Shown here: piece by piece, positions 1 through 10,959 of the stretch
How the letters are laid out: each line of letters opens with the position of its first letter
Position numbering within the stretch: the first letter of the stretch is position 1
NCBI RefSeq assembly: GCF_001194135.2
Contig: NC_068996.1
Location: forward strand, 7,263,680-7,327,679
From: Octopus bimaculoides
Lineage: Eukaryota
Length of the DNA: 64,000 nt
Reading direction: 5' to 3'
Translations under genes and position numbers: made by a program
Notes under the pieces: generated by a model
What the model was told of the DNA's origin: nothing
The model's database searches: none
Seen by the model: only the letters and a program-made list of their open reading frames with translations

Positions 1-84
1 CCATGCTAGCATGGGTTGGACGATTTGACTGAGGACTGGTGAAACCGGATGGCAACACCAGGCTCCAGTCTGATTTGGCAGAGT

Positions 85-135
<51 letters not shown>

Positions 136-428
136 ATCAGTAGTTAAAAAGCTTGCTTTGCAACTACATGGCTTTAGGTTCAGTCCCACTGTGCAGCATC
201 TTTGTCTCAAGCCAATTCCTTGAGAGTTAATTTAATAGATGGAATATGTGAAAACCTATTGTTTCATGGTTATGTGGTAAGAAGCTTGCTTCCCAACCAC
301 ATGGTTCCAGGTTCAGTTCCACTGTATGGCACCTTAGTCAAGTGTCTTCTTCTTTAGCCTTGGGTCGACCAAAGCCTTGTAAATTGATTTGGTAGATGGA
401 AACTGAAAGAAGCCTGTCATATATGTAC

Positions 429-466
<38 letters not shown>

Positions 467-919
467 CTTTGTGTCTGTATTTGTCCTCCACCACTGCTTA
501 ACAACTGGTTTTGATGTGTTTACATCTCTATAACTTAATGATTTGGCAAAAGAAATCAATAGAATATATATTAGACTTAGAAAAAAAGTACTGGGGTCGA
601 TTCATTTGACTAAAAACTCTTCTAGGCAAAGCCCCTGCATGGCTGTGGTCTAAATACTGAAGCAAGTAAAAGATTAAAAAAAAAAAAAAAGATGTGTGTC
701 TGTGTCTCTTTGTGTTTGTCTCCATCTCACACTACTTGACAGCTAGTGTTGATTTGTTTACTTCCTTTAACTTTGTATTTCAGTAAAAGAGACTAATAGA
801 ATAAGTTAAAAATATGTACCATGGTCAAATTATTTGACTAAATCCTTCAATACAGTGCACCAGCATGGCCACAGTCCAATGACTGAAACAAGTAAAAGAT
901 AGAAGATAAGAAGATAGAA

Positions 920-1148
920 GGCAGCGAGCTGGCAGAAACGTTAGCACGCCGGGCGAAATGCTTAGCGGTATTTCGTCTACCATTACATGGTTCAAATTCC
1001 GCCAAGGTCGACTTTGCTTTTCATCCTTTCGGGGTCGATAAATTAAGTACCAGTTACGCACTGGGATCGATGTAATTGACTTAATCTCTTTGTCTGTCTT
1101 TGTTTGTCCCCTCTATGTTTAGCCCCTTGTGGGCAATAAAGAAATAAG
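920..1148 (+). mobile_element. SINE family A
   Basis: Reverse complement of 2741-2974; follows a family B tail. Confidence 0.8.
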
Positions 1149-2740
1149 ATAAGAGGTATCTGGCTCCACCTTATCCAGTCCATCCTTAACCTTTAAAGTG
1201 GTCTTGTGAAATTTGAGGAAGAATTGGTTTCTATATCTAGCAGATCAAGCAACTACTTAGATGTCACCTTGTTGGTCCATATTTGTTTGTTGTGTGTCAG
1301 ATATATTTGGGGTGGGGTGTGTATATGTGCTTGTTGCCTACATGTCTTTTAAATGTGCAAGCTGCCTACACAAGCTATAATGTACCTTCCCATTTATTCT
1401 CAAATCTTTGCTTAAGACTGCCTCAACGTAGAAGAAATGAATGGGCTGTTTGATTCAGCATCAAAATTTATTGGATATAGGAAGAAATTCCACATAATGT
1501 GCCTTCGTATAGCACGTTATCTGCTAATGGTGCTAGTGTGTGTGTGTGTGTTTGTGCATGCATGTATATGTTCATAGCAAGATTTGCATTTTGTGTGCAT
1601 GTGTGTGAAGGTGGGGTGAGATTTGTGTGTGTGATATTCAGAGCTTGTCGCATATTGCATGCATGTATGGCAGTGTTTGACACATTCAGAACTAATACTA
1701 CAAGCAAACATGAACACAACTGTTTCTATGTGTGTGTGTGTGTTTGAGTTTGTCTCCCTCTCTGTGTGTTTGTGAGACATGCTTAATTCTCACACACGCA
1801 TGCACAGACATAAATCCAGTATGTGTGTCTGTGTGTGTGCATGTATATGCGTGTGTCTGTAGCTAATATGAAACTGTTAGCTCTCCTTTAGCAGTATTAA
1901 AGAAGAGAATGTTGCATTTCCTTCCATGTGACATCTTTATTGCTTCATTTTAGAATTCCATCTCTTTGATGTTTCAGGTTCATTTCTTTCATTAGTTCTA
2001 TCCATGTTAAAGTCTTTTTTTTTTTTTTTTTTTTTTTTTTNNNNNNNNNNNNNNNNNNNNNAAAAAAAAAAAAAAAGAAAGACTCAAGAAAAAAAACTTA
2101 GTCAAGTCTGTGACAACACTGTTTAATGCAGAGAACAAAAAATAAATTAATCAATGCTGACTCCCACCCTACCTTCCACTCTTGCAATAAGGTGAGGCAA
2201 AACATTAATTCAATATTTAAATTTGTTTAAAGCAGGTAAGTGGTGGTGGTGGTGGTGGGGGGATAGACAATTTTGAAATCTCAATTAAAACTAGAATTAT
2301 ATAATCAGTGAGGAGAGGGGGGGAAAAAAAAAAAGAAAACCACTAACTCACACACTCAATGTTTAAATCTGATCAAAGTAGGGAGGGGAGACAATTCTGA
2401 AATCTCAATTAAAATTAGAACTACACTGGTAGTAAGAATTAAAAAAAAAAAAAAAAGCAAACAAACATTAACTTGGTCTATAAATCTGATCGAGGTTGAG
2501 CGTAGGGTAGGTTAGGATGCTATAATCTGAATTAAAATTAAAACCATGCATAGAGTGAAGAGAGGTTAAACGATAACTGGATGTTTAAATCTGATTAAGA
2601 CAGGGAGGGGAAACAATTCTGAAATCTCATTTAAAATTAGATTGCTTTGAGGGAAAGAAACTTAAACATTACTAGGATACTTTATTTAAATCTGATAAGT
2701 GGTTAGCAAAATGATATGTTGCACATGTTACCAAGTTTCT

Positions 2741-2974
2741 TATTTTTTTATTGCCCACAAGGGGCTACACACAGAGGGGACAAACAAGGACAGACAAACG
2801 GATTAAGTCGATTATATCAATCCCAGTGTGTAACTGGTACTTATTTAATCGACCCCGAAAGGATGAAAGGCAAAGTTGACCTCAGCGGAATTTGAACTCA
2901 GAACGTAGTGACAGGCGAAATAACGCTAAGCATTTCGCCCGGTGTGTTAACGTTTCTGCCAGCTCACCGCCTTT
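2741..2974 (-). mobile_element. SINE family A (tRNA-headed) with 16-bp TSD
   Basis: B box GAGTTCAAATTCC; TSD ATGTTACCAAGTTTCT at 2725-40 and 2975-90. Confidence 0.85.
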
Positions 2975-3171
2975 ATGTTACCAAGTTTCTATTTTGCTAT
3001 CAAGTATGTTAGTATACACTTTACTATTATTTCCGTGCAGAAGGCAACTCTGGGTCACTTGCACCATCAGTCAGTTTTATAAGATCACTTTCAGTTCATC
3101 CACAAAATTTTTCTTTACTTCTCTAGTCATTCCATGATCTTCAATAATAGACAAGGCATTATTATGGAGGT

Positions 3172-3646
3172 TTAACACTTTGCCTAACCAAGGTGTTTTC
3201 ATTAGTTTGTCCTCAACAACCATGCTTGTTTTTATCAGACTTTTAGTCAGCCCTTGTTTTGCACATTCCGATTAATATAAAACATTCCTTTCATAAATCT
3301 CAAGTTATTCTAGAAGTTGAAAAAAACTGGGAATATGTATTATATATGATGCATAGCTGCCAAGGAAAAATATCCCATGGATCCCATATGATATATGGGA
3401 CAGGCAAAGGGTTAAATTAAAACTGGGTTTTATCCATTTTTAAACCCTTTGCCTATCCAAAGTATTTTTGTAACTTTGTCCCAAAAGTCCATGCTTGTTT
3501 TTGGGCTCTTATTTAATGTTTTGACTAATATAAAACATTCATTTTACAAATCCCAAGTTATTCTAGTAGTTGAAAAAAAAAAAATGGGAATGTCAGGGAA
3601 ATATGTCCTGTATATCACGTGATACACAGGGCATGCAAGGGGTTAG
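3172..3646. mobile_element. Two tandem diverged piggyBac-like MITEs (TTAACCCTTTGCC...GGCAAAGGGTTAA)
   Basis: Copies 3172-3415 and 3439-3646 share ccatgcttgttttt and aatataaaacattc..aagttattctag..gttgaaaaaa. Confidence 0.65.
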
Positions 3647-4873
3647 ACCCATTTTTGCTTTCTTCAAGTAGAGTAAAACTTGGATCAAAGACAATCGAAC
3701 CATTATCATTCCAACTTTTTCTAATGTCTCTGATTAACTGATATTTTTTGTATCATTATTTACTTTTATGACATTGTGGTTTGAGAGAGATTTGGTTGTT
3801 GTTCTTAGCATGACAACCCCTGAGTTACATTCCACATCTCATGGAACTCCTAAAAAAAAAAAATGTCTTTGTTAATCTTTTTCTTTCTCTTTCATAAATT
3901 TAAAGTGCTATGAGATTAAACAAATCATAAAATCTTTGAATGATTTAGCAGTGCTAAATCTATCGGACATCACAAAGAAATTTTGTCTTTAACCAAACCT
4001 TGCTGATATTAATTTCCCCTGCAATCCCAATTAAGAGGTTGTTTCTCATACAGAGCCTCTTAGGGATGCCAATATTTTGAATATTCCAAGCATTTATAAG
4101 AAAATTACAAATATAAAATTTATCACAGAAATAACTAAAAAATGCAATTCTGTATAATTAGACTATCTATCATGTTTTAAGTTTGCAACTTCTTGTAGTA
4201 CTGTAGGGAAGTGGTTTTCAACTATTTTTTACCTGTGGATCCCCATGGTTCCTGTTTCATTTGGATGAGCTCTCATATTTTATAATTAAATATTATTAGG
4301 AATTGTAAATATTGAATTGTTGAAGTACAACCAGTTTTATTGCACATAAATATTTTAATTACGAAGCCTTACATGGACCCTTAAGGGTCATATGGACGCT
4401 GGTACCACTAGCATAGGGGAATCCCAGTTTGGAGAACTATAGCTTAGGAACTCCTTCATTGGTTCTTGAATAATTCAGTCTTGTAAAAACTGAAATTACA
4501 GGCAAATATAATACTAAACATTATTTGCTCTGTTTAATTTTAATATCATCGTCTTGAGTTTTGAGTTCGATCCAATGGTATGATGTTACTGTTTTAGCAC
4601 CTGGGCACTCCCTGATTGAGCAGACAGACACACCATCAAAGGTGTTCCAGCTTCTTTAGGGATGTTGAGAATTATCTAAAGTGTTCTATACTTTTTTCAT
4701 TTTTCTTTCAAACACTATGATCAGTTGTACTAGAAGGATCATTTCATAGACAAATGCCTTGCATTAATTATTTCAGCTCCTTAGATTCATAGTTGAAATC
4801 CTATTAAGGTCATCTTTGCTTTTCATCTCACTTCATAATGCACTAATAAAATATTGGGGTTCTTTTCACTCTT

Positions 4874-5040
<167 letters not shown>

Positions 5041-5672
5041 TCCCTGCCTATCTCTCACTCACCCTCTCTTTTTAGACAGCGAGATGGGATTTGAGGGTGT
5101 GATTTTTGCAAGGTGAGTGCTCATGTTCAGATTTAAGTATAGATATGTGAAGCAAACTAATGTTTAGAGCTGGGCAAGACAAGATCTGTGAACTGACTGT
5201 GAAATATAGGTATGGTAGAGAAAGAATAAAAAGACGAGGAATGAGGCGGAGGAAAAATCTTGAGATGAGTGAGATCTCTTCAAGCTGGGTCTGCTTCATC
5301 AGAGCTGATCTGAGCCTAAATGCCTAGAAAATAATGATCATATCTTTACTACATATATTAGCTGACATCTTTAATATTATCTCATTTTATCTTTATCAGC
5401 TTTCTCTTGCAGCCTCCCTCCCTGCTCTTTCTCTCACATACCTTACTTATATCGCTGTCTTTTATGCAAATTAATAATTTTCTGAAAAAAAAAATGTATT
5501 TCCCTGCATTTTTTATGAAAGAAGAAACTCTCTGTGCCTGTGTGTGTATCTATTTCTGCTTACATATGCCTAATCCATGTTCTAAAAATAAATGTAAGCA
5601 CACTAGTTTGAACAGTAACCAAATTATTTCTTAAGTGCTTATCTAATATCATAGATAATAGATTCCACTTAC

Positions 5673-5676
5673 CATT
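5673..5676 (-). CDS. Candidate 4-nt microexon AATG
   Basis: ttgactttttttctatatttgcag|AATG|gtaagtgg: branch-like ttgac, polypyrimidine tract, CAG and a perfect donor. Confidence 0.4.
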
Positions 5677-5728
5677 CTGCAAATATAGAAAAAAAGTCAA
5701 TCATACTTTTTCCTTTTCCTTTAAATCC

Positions 5729-5767
<39 letters not shown>

Positions 5768-6019
5768 AAGTGTCGTGATGGCAGAATCATTAGTGTCAAT
5801 AAAATGCCATGTAATTTTTCTGGCTCTTTATATTCGGAGTTTAATTCTTGCTGATGTCAACTGTGTCTTTCATCTCGCCAGAGTTGATAAAATAAAGTAC
5901 CAGTCAAGTACAAGGATTTATGGTATCAATCCCCGCCTCTCTCCTTGAAATTGCTGGCCTTATAGCCAAATCAGAAACCATTATAATTATCATTTTCATA
6001 TACACACAACAGATCAGAC

Positions 6020-6276
6020 CGTTGGAAAAGAAAAACTGCTAACATCAGGCTACAACAAGTAACCTTAGATGCCAAGAACCCTCCTAAGTATCCTAGCTCT
6101 CCCTAATAACACTGTTTTCTGCAGCTGTACTAAACTGGGTTTTATGCTTATTTCCTCTATCCATCAGTTCAAATCTTTAGGGATAGTTCCTAATGCACCT
6201 ATAACTACTGGGATACACTTTACCCACACTTTCCATAGTCTCTGTAAGTCAAAAGCTAGTTTTTGGTTCTTCGCTA

Positions 6277-6280
<4 letters not shown>
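6020..6280 (-). mobile_element. R4/Dong-like non-LTR retrotransposon 3' end (RLE C-terminus), 5' truncated
   Basis: 6280-6065 translates KIAKNQKLAFDLQRLWKVWVKCIPVVIGALGTIPKDLN*WIEE...LQKTVLLGRARILRRVLGI*, matching the VIGALG and LQK.. motifs; abuts (TAA)n. Confidence 0.75.
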
Positions 6281-6318
<38 letters not shown>

Positions 6319-7488
6319 CATCATCATCATAATGGTAGAAACCTGGCAGGATCATTAGCATGCCAGGCAAAATGCTTAGTGGTATTTCGTCTGTCTTTAC
6401 GTTCTGAGTTCAAATTCCTCCAAGGTCAGCTTTTCCTTTCATCCTTTCGAGGTCGATAAATTAAGTACCAGTCAAGTGCTGGGGTTGATGTGATCGATTG
6501 ACCCCACTTTGTGCCTATAGTAGAAAAGATTATTGTTGTTTTTGTTGTTAAGCTGGCAGGATTGTTAGCATGCCAGGCAAAATTCCATTGAGGTTGACTT
6601 TGCTTTTCATTCTTTTGGAGTTGATAAAATAAGTACCAGTGAAACACTGGGGTTGATGTAATCAACTAGACCCTTCCCACCAAAATTTCAGGCCTTGTAC
6701 CTTTAGTAGAAAGGACTATTGTTAATTTTTAAAGATTTCCTTGATATCTGCTATATTTACACATATTCACCGGGCACTACCCAGATATCTATGGTAGATA
6801 AGATATAATGTTCTTAATATATACAATGGTTCAGGTGGCAAACTGACAGAATTATTAGCACACCAGGCAAGATGCCTAGCAGCATGTTGTCCTTCTCTAT
6901 GTTGTGAGTTCAAGTTCTGCCAAGGTTGATTTTTTTTTCTCCTTTCATCCTTTCAGGATCAATAAAATAAGTACCAGTTGAGCACTTGAGTTGATCTAAT
7001 CAGCTTGGCCCCCCTCCCTCAAAATGCTGGCCTTGTGCCAAAATTTGAAACCAGTATATAGGTTGATTATATGATGTTGAAAAGCAGAAGGACTGGATAA
7101 ATTCTTTAGAAAAAAGAGCATGTTCACATGAGTGAGCTATGAAAATGCTATCAAATTTAAGTTGATAGATCTTTCTGTAAAACATGCTCAGTGTCCATTA
7201 TCATTCTTTCCTACACTTCTTTTGATCATGGCTTTGCCTGGTTTTCATATCTATGAATTTCTCTGTTTCTTTCTTTATTGCCCTAAGTTTTTCTATGATA
7301 ACATGTATTAGTGTGCTTTCTCATTTTCCACATTTTGGTAATCTCTATATCTAGGTCTTTGTACTTGGGTATTTTTTAAGTTCTTTGACTGCGATATTGT
7401 TGTCCATGGAGACAGCCAAAGCAATTAGCAAATAAATTTCATCAATATGATTTTTTATTTTTATATCTCTTATATACTGCTGTTGTTG

Positions 7489-7536
<48 letters not shown>

Positions 7537-7746
7537 GTATTAAGGTGGCAAGCTGGCAGAATCGGTAGCATGCCAGATGAAATGCTTAGCGGTATTTTAT
7601 CTGAGTTCAAATTTTGCCGAGGTCAACTTTACCTTTTTTTCGTCCTTTCGGGATTGATAAATTAAGTACCAGTTAAGTACTGTAATCGATGTAATCGACT
7701 AGTCCTGTCCTCCCAAATTTCAGGCCATGGGCCTATAGTAGAAAGG

Positions 7747-7819
7747 ATTAGTATAGCTCTGTTGGTAGAGCTTTAGACTTTTAATCTCAAGGTTTTGGAT
7801 TCATGTCCCTTTGCAGGAA
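7747..7819 (+). pseudogene. tRNA-Lys(TTT)-like pseudogene
   Basis: TAGCTC-GT-GGTAGAGC..AGACTTTTAATCT..GGT matches the metazoan tRNA-Lys(UUU) D and anticodon arms (anticodon 7780-82); T arm and acceptor stem are decayed. Confidence 0.6.
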
Positions 7820-8679
7820 GACTTTCATTTTTGAAGGCAGTGACCTGGCAGAACCATTAGCATGCCAGAGAAAATGCTTAGTGGTATTTCATCCATCTCC
7901 AAGGTTGACTTTGTCTTTCATCCTTTCGGGGTTGATAACAAAAGTACCAGTGAAGTAGAGAAGTACATGTAATCAGCTAGTCTCCTTCCCTCACAAAATT
8001 TCAGGCCTTGTGCCTAAAGCATAATTATTAATTTTATTATTATTATTATTGTTGTTAATATCATAATAAGGTGGAGCAATAGTTTTAATTCTGATTTCCC
8101 TACCACTCCACAATTGTATCTATTTTCATTCAGTCTTGTCTTTTCATCATTGTTTGTTACCTGCCATTCCTATTTTACCAAAGTGGTTGGCTATTAGGTT
8201 ATCTTTGAGATATCATAATCTTAACCCTTTATTCATAGTGTTTTGAATTACGCATTCTCTTAGCATTGAGATTTTGATAGTGGTTGTTCATTTTTGGAAT
8301 GACATTGTACAAGAGATGTGAAAGGCCAAATCAGGATAGTTTGAACATAAAACAGGTAGAATATTTCAGTCAAATACAGCCAATTTAAATGCTAAGGTGT
8401 TAACACATTAGTTACCATATTTCTCTTGAAATACACTGTCTTTGTTTCAATTAATTTTTAAAAAATAAAGACTATCTTAGTAAAATAATTTTGTCATTAT
8501 TAATCTGGTGTTTGGAACTTAACACAAAATTTTGTGGCTAGTTTTAACTTAGATCTCTAAAGAGCTAGGAGTAGTCTCAGGTGGCTTAGTATCAAAATGA
8601 TTAAAACAGATTCAAATTCATATTTCAACAATTTATTTGCATCATTTTTTCTCTTTGATTTCCCTCATCTTGCTCTTTA

Positions 8680-8845
8680 TATATATATGAGAATTTACGA
8701 AAAATCAACAGATGAAGACAGGTGGTGTAAACAACAAATGGATGTATTAGTATAATGCTCGGGAATAGAGAAAGTCTTTAACATTTCGAGCCTATGCTCT
8801 TCAACTGAAAGGAACACAGAAAGAAACAAGGAGAATATATATGGT
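8680..8845 (-). mobile_element. Second, more decayed copy of the 57.3-kb PLE-type repeat
   Basis: The reverse complement aligns by eye with 57310-57450; HHR-like motif CTTT-CAGTTGA-a-GAGC atag GCTC-GAAATGTT-AAAG at 8775-8811; TA flanks. Confidence 0.55.
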
Positions 8846-10121
8846 AGTTGTTGTTCACTGGAATTACTATACTTTCTTTCTCTCCCTCTCCCTCAAATAC
8901 ACTCTCTTACTCTCTTTCACTCTCACTCCTCTCCTCCTCCTCCTTTTAGCATTGACTCATTGTTGATGTGAGTTAATCAGTAATGGCAATGTGGTGGGGA
9001 GGCTACTCACACAATATCTCCTTTCCTTCAACCAAACTTAAAACTTGGAAATAGGGACCAGCAACCTCTTCTTAGCTAGCATGTTACAAAAAGTGTATTA
9101 AAAAATGTTATAGAACATGATGGACATGTCTGGAGCAATGTGTTGTACAGCACAGAAAATTTTTTTTAAAATAAAGTAGCTTAATTAAATTTCTTATAAA
9201 TTCTTGGTGTGAGCTGAAAAAAGTATCATTGAAATGAATACATAGTTAATGATGGAAACTGATAATTAAGCTAATGATACTCTGGAAAAGTCAAAACAAG
9301 ACAAAATAAAACATTAAATTAAAAATTGTCAATGATTATGTTGTTGAAGATAATACATGCAGTAATATAACAAGGATGTTTTATTGCTAGAAATGTATTA
9401 ATTGTAGCTGTGTATAGCCTAGTGGTTAGGGTGTTGCAATCACAACCATGTGGCCGTGGTTTCGATTCCCAGATTGGCAGTGTATTGTGTTCTTGAGCGA
9501 AAACACTTCAACTGTAAATGGATAGTCCTGCAATGGACTGGTATTCCAGTCAGTGGGAATCTTGGGAATCTTCACTCAGAAGATGTCAATCTCTGTAATG
9601 CCTCAGCTCAAGGCTATAGAATATGACATTTACTCAAGATGTCACAGAACAGAATCAAAACCAGGACTTTGTGATTCTGAAGTGAATGTCTTAATCATTC
9701 AGCCATAAGGTACTCACTATAAGCATGTATTCATACATTATATATACATAGATATGTGGTAAGAAGTTTGCTTCATAACCACATGGTTCTGGGTTCAATC
9801 CCACTGTGAGTCACCTTAGGCAAGTGTCCCCTACTATTGACAAACCAAAGCTTTGTGAGTGGGCTTAGTGGATGGAAACTGAAAGAAGCCCATGATGTGT
9901 TACTGTTCCCTTGCCTTGACATTGCATGATAGTTGTAAACAAGTCTTTGTTATGCAAGCAGTGTCTCTCATTTTAAATCTTCTGTGGAAACCTGTTTGGT
10001 CATGGGAAGTGTTACTTTTCTTGGAAACAGTTTGGTGACAGGAAAAGCATTCAGCCATAGCAGATCTACCTCAAAATTCCATCTGACCCATGCAAGCATG
10101 GAAAAGTGGACATTAAAATGA

Positions 10122-10160
<39 letters not shown>

Positions 10161-10165
<5 letters not shown>

Positions 10166-10959
10166 AACACATAAGAGAGATGTCCATAATAGGACATCTA
10201 ACCCGCTAGAAGGAGCAGTCAAACTCCAAACCACAATTAGGGATAATTTCGAAAGGGAATGAAAAATAAAAACATTTACCATTTATTTCCTGAACCATGG
10301 TTTCAAGCTATTTTCAGGAAAATGAAATAATGGACATCTCTCTTATGTGTTTAAATGTACACTGTATATATTTATATGAATAATATATAGTCTATTGACT
10401 AGGTTTTTCTTCTCACTAGACCACTGGCAAAAGGGTTTTCTAAAACTTTTTGCTACCCTGAGATTTACTAATAATGATAAATTGATTTTTTGGCTAATTT
10501 CTGGAAGAAAATCAGCATTTTTGTATTTGCTGCCAATAAGAAAACCGCACATGCGCGGTAGATATGAAAAATTATAACATATAAGCACGAGGCATGTTCT
10601 ATGTATTGCCTTGTGTTTATATGTTAATTTTGGCTTTCCTGCTGATGATAGCTGGCCTAGCAAATTATTTCATTTTGCTGAAAATAGCTTGAAACCTTGG
10701 TTCAGGAAATAGATGGTAAATGTTTTTATTTTTCATTCCCTTTTGAAATCATCCCTAATTGTGGTTTAGAGTTTGACTGCTCCTTCTAGCGGGTTAGATG
10801 TCCTATTATGGACATCTCTCTTATGTGTTTAAATGTACACTGTATGTATTTATATGAACAATATATAGTCTGTTGACTAGTTTTTTCTTCTCGCTAGACC
10901 ACTGGTACCAAAAGGAATTTGTAAATTTTTTTTGCTACCCTGAGATTTATTAATAATGA
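10161..10959 (+). mobile_element. Hammerhead-bearing non-autonomous retroelement (retrozyme or PLE pseudo-LTR type), partial tandem plus 5' inversion
   Basis: Direct repeats 10330-10477 and 10808-10959; 10161-10330 is an inverted copy of 10665-10834; (TA)n on both flanks; internal HHR. Confidence 0.75.
10635..10709 (+). ncRNA. Type I hammerhead ribozyme motif
   Basis: Stem I TTTCCTG/CAGGAAA (7 bp), core CTGATGA (10642-48), stem II AGCT/AGCT with inner helix AGCAAA/TTTGCT, GAAA (10691-94), stem III ACC-tt-GGT, predicted cleavage after GUU at 10702. Confidence 0.75.

Larger units (their letters stand above)
5770..8030 (+). mobile_element. Cluster of six same-orientation short-tailed family A SINE copies
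   Basis: Copies near 5770, 6335, 6550, 6835, 7543 and 7835 share ctggcagaa..ttagca..gacttt..catcc..ataaa..aagtaccag and (ATT)n tails. Confidence 0.75.
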
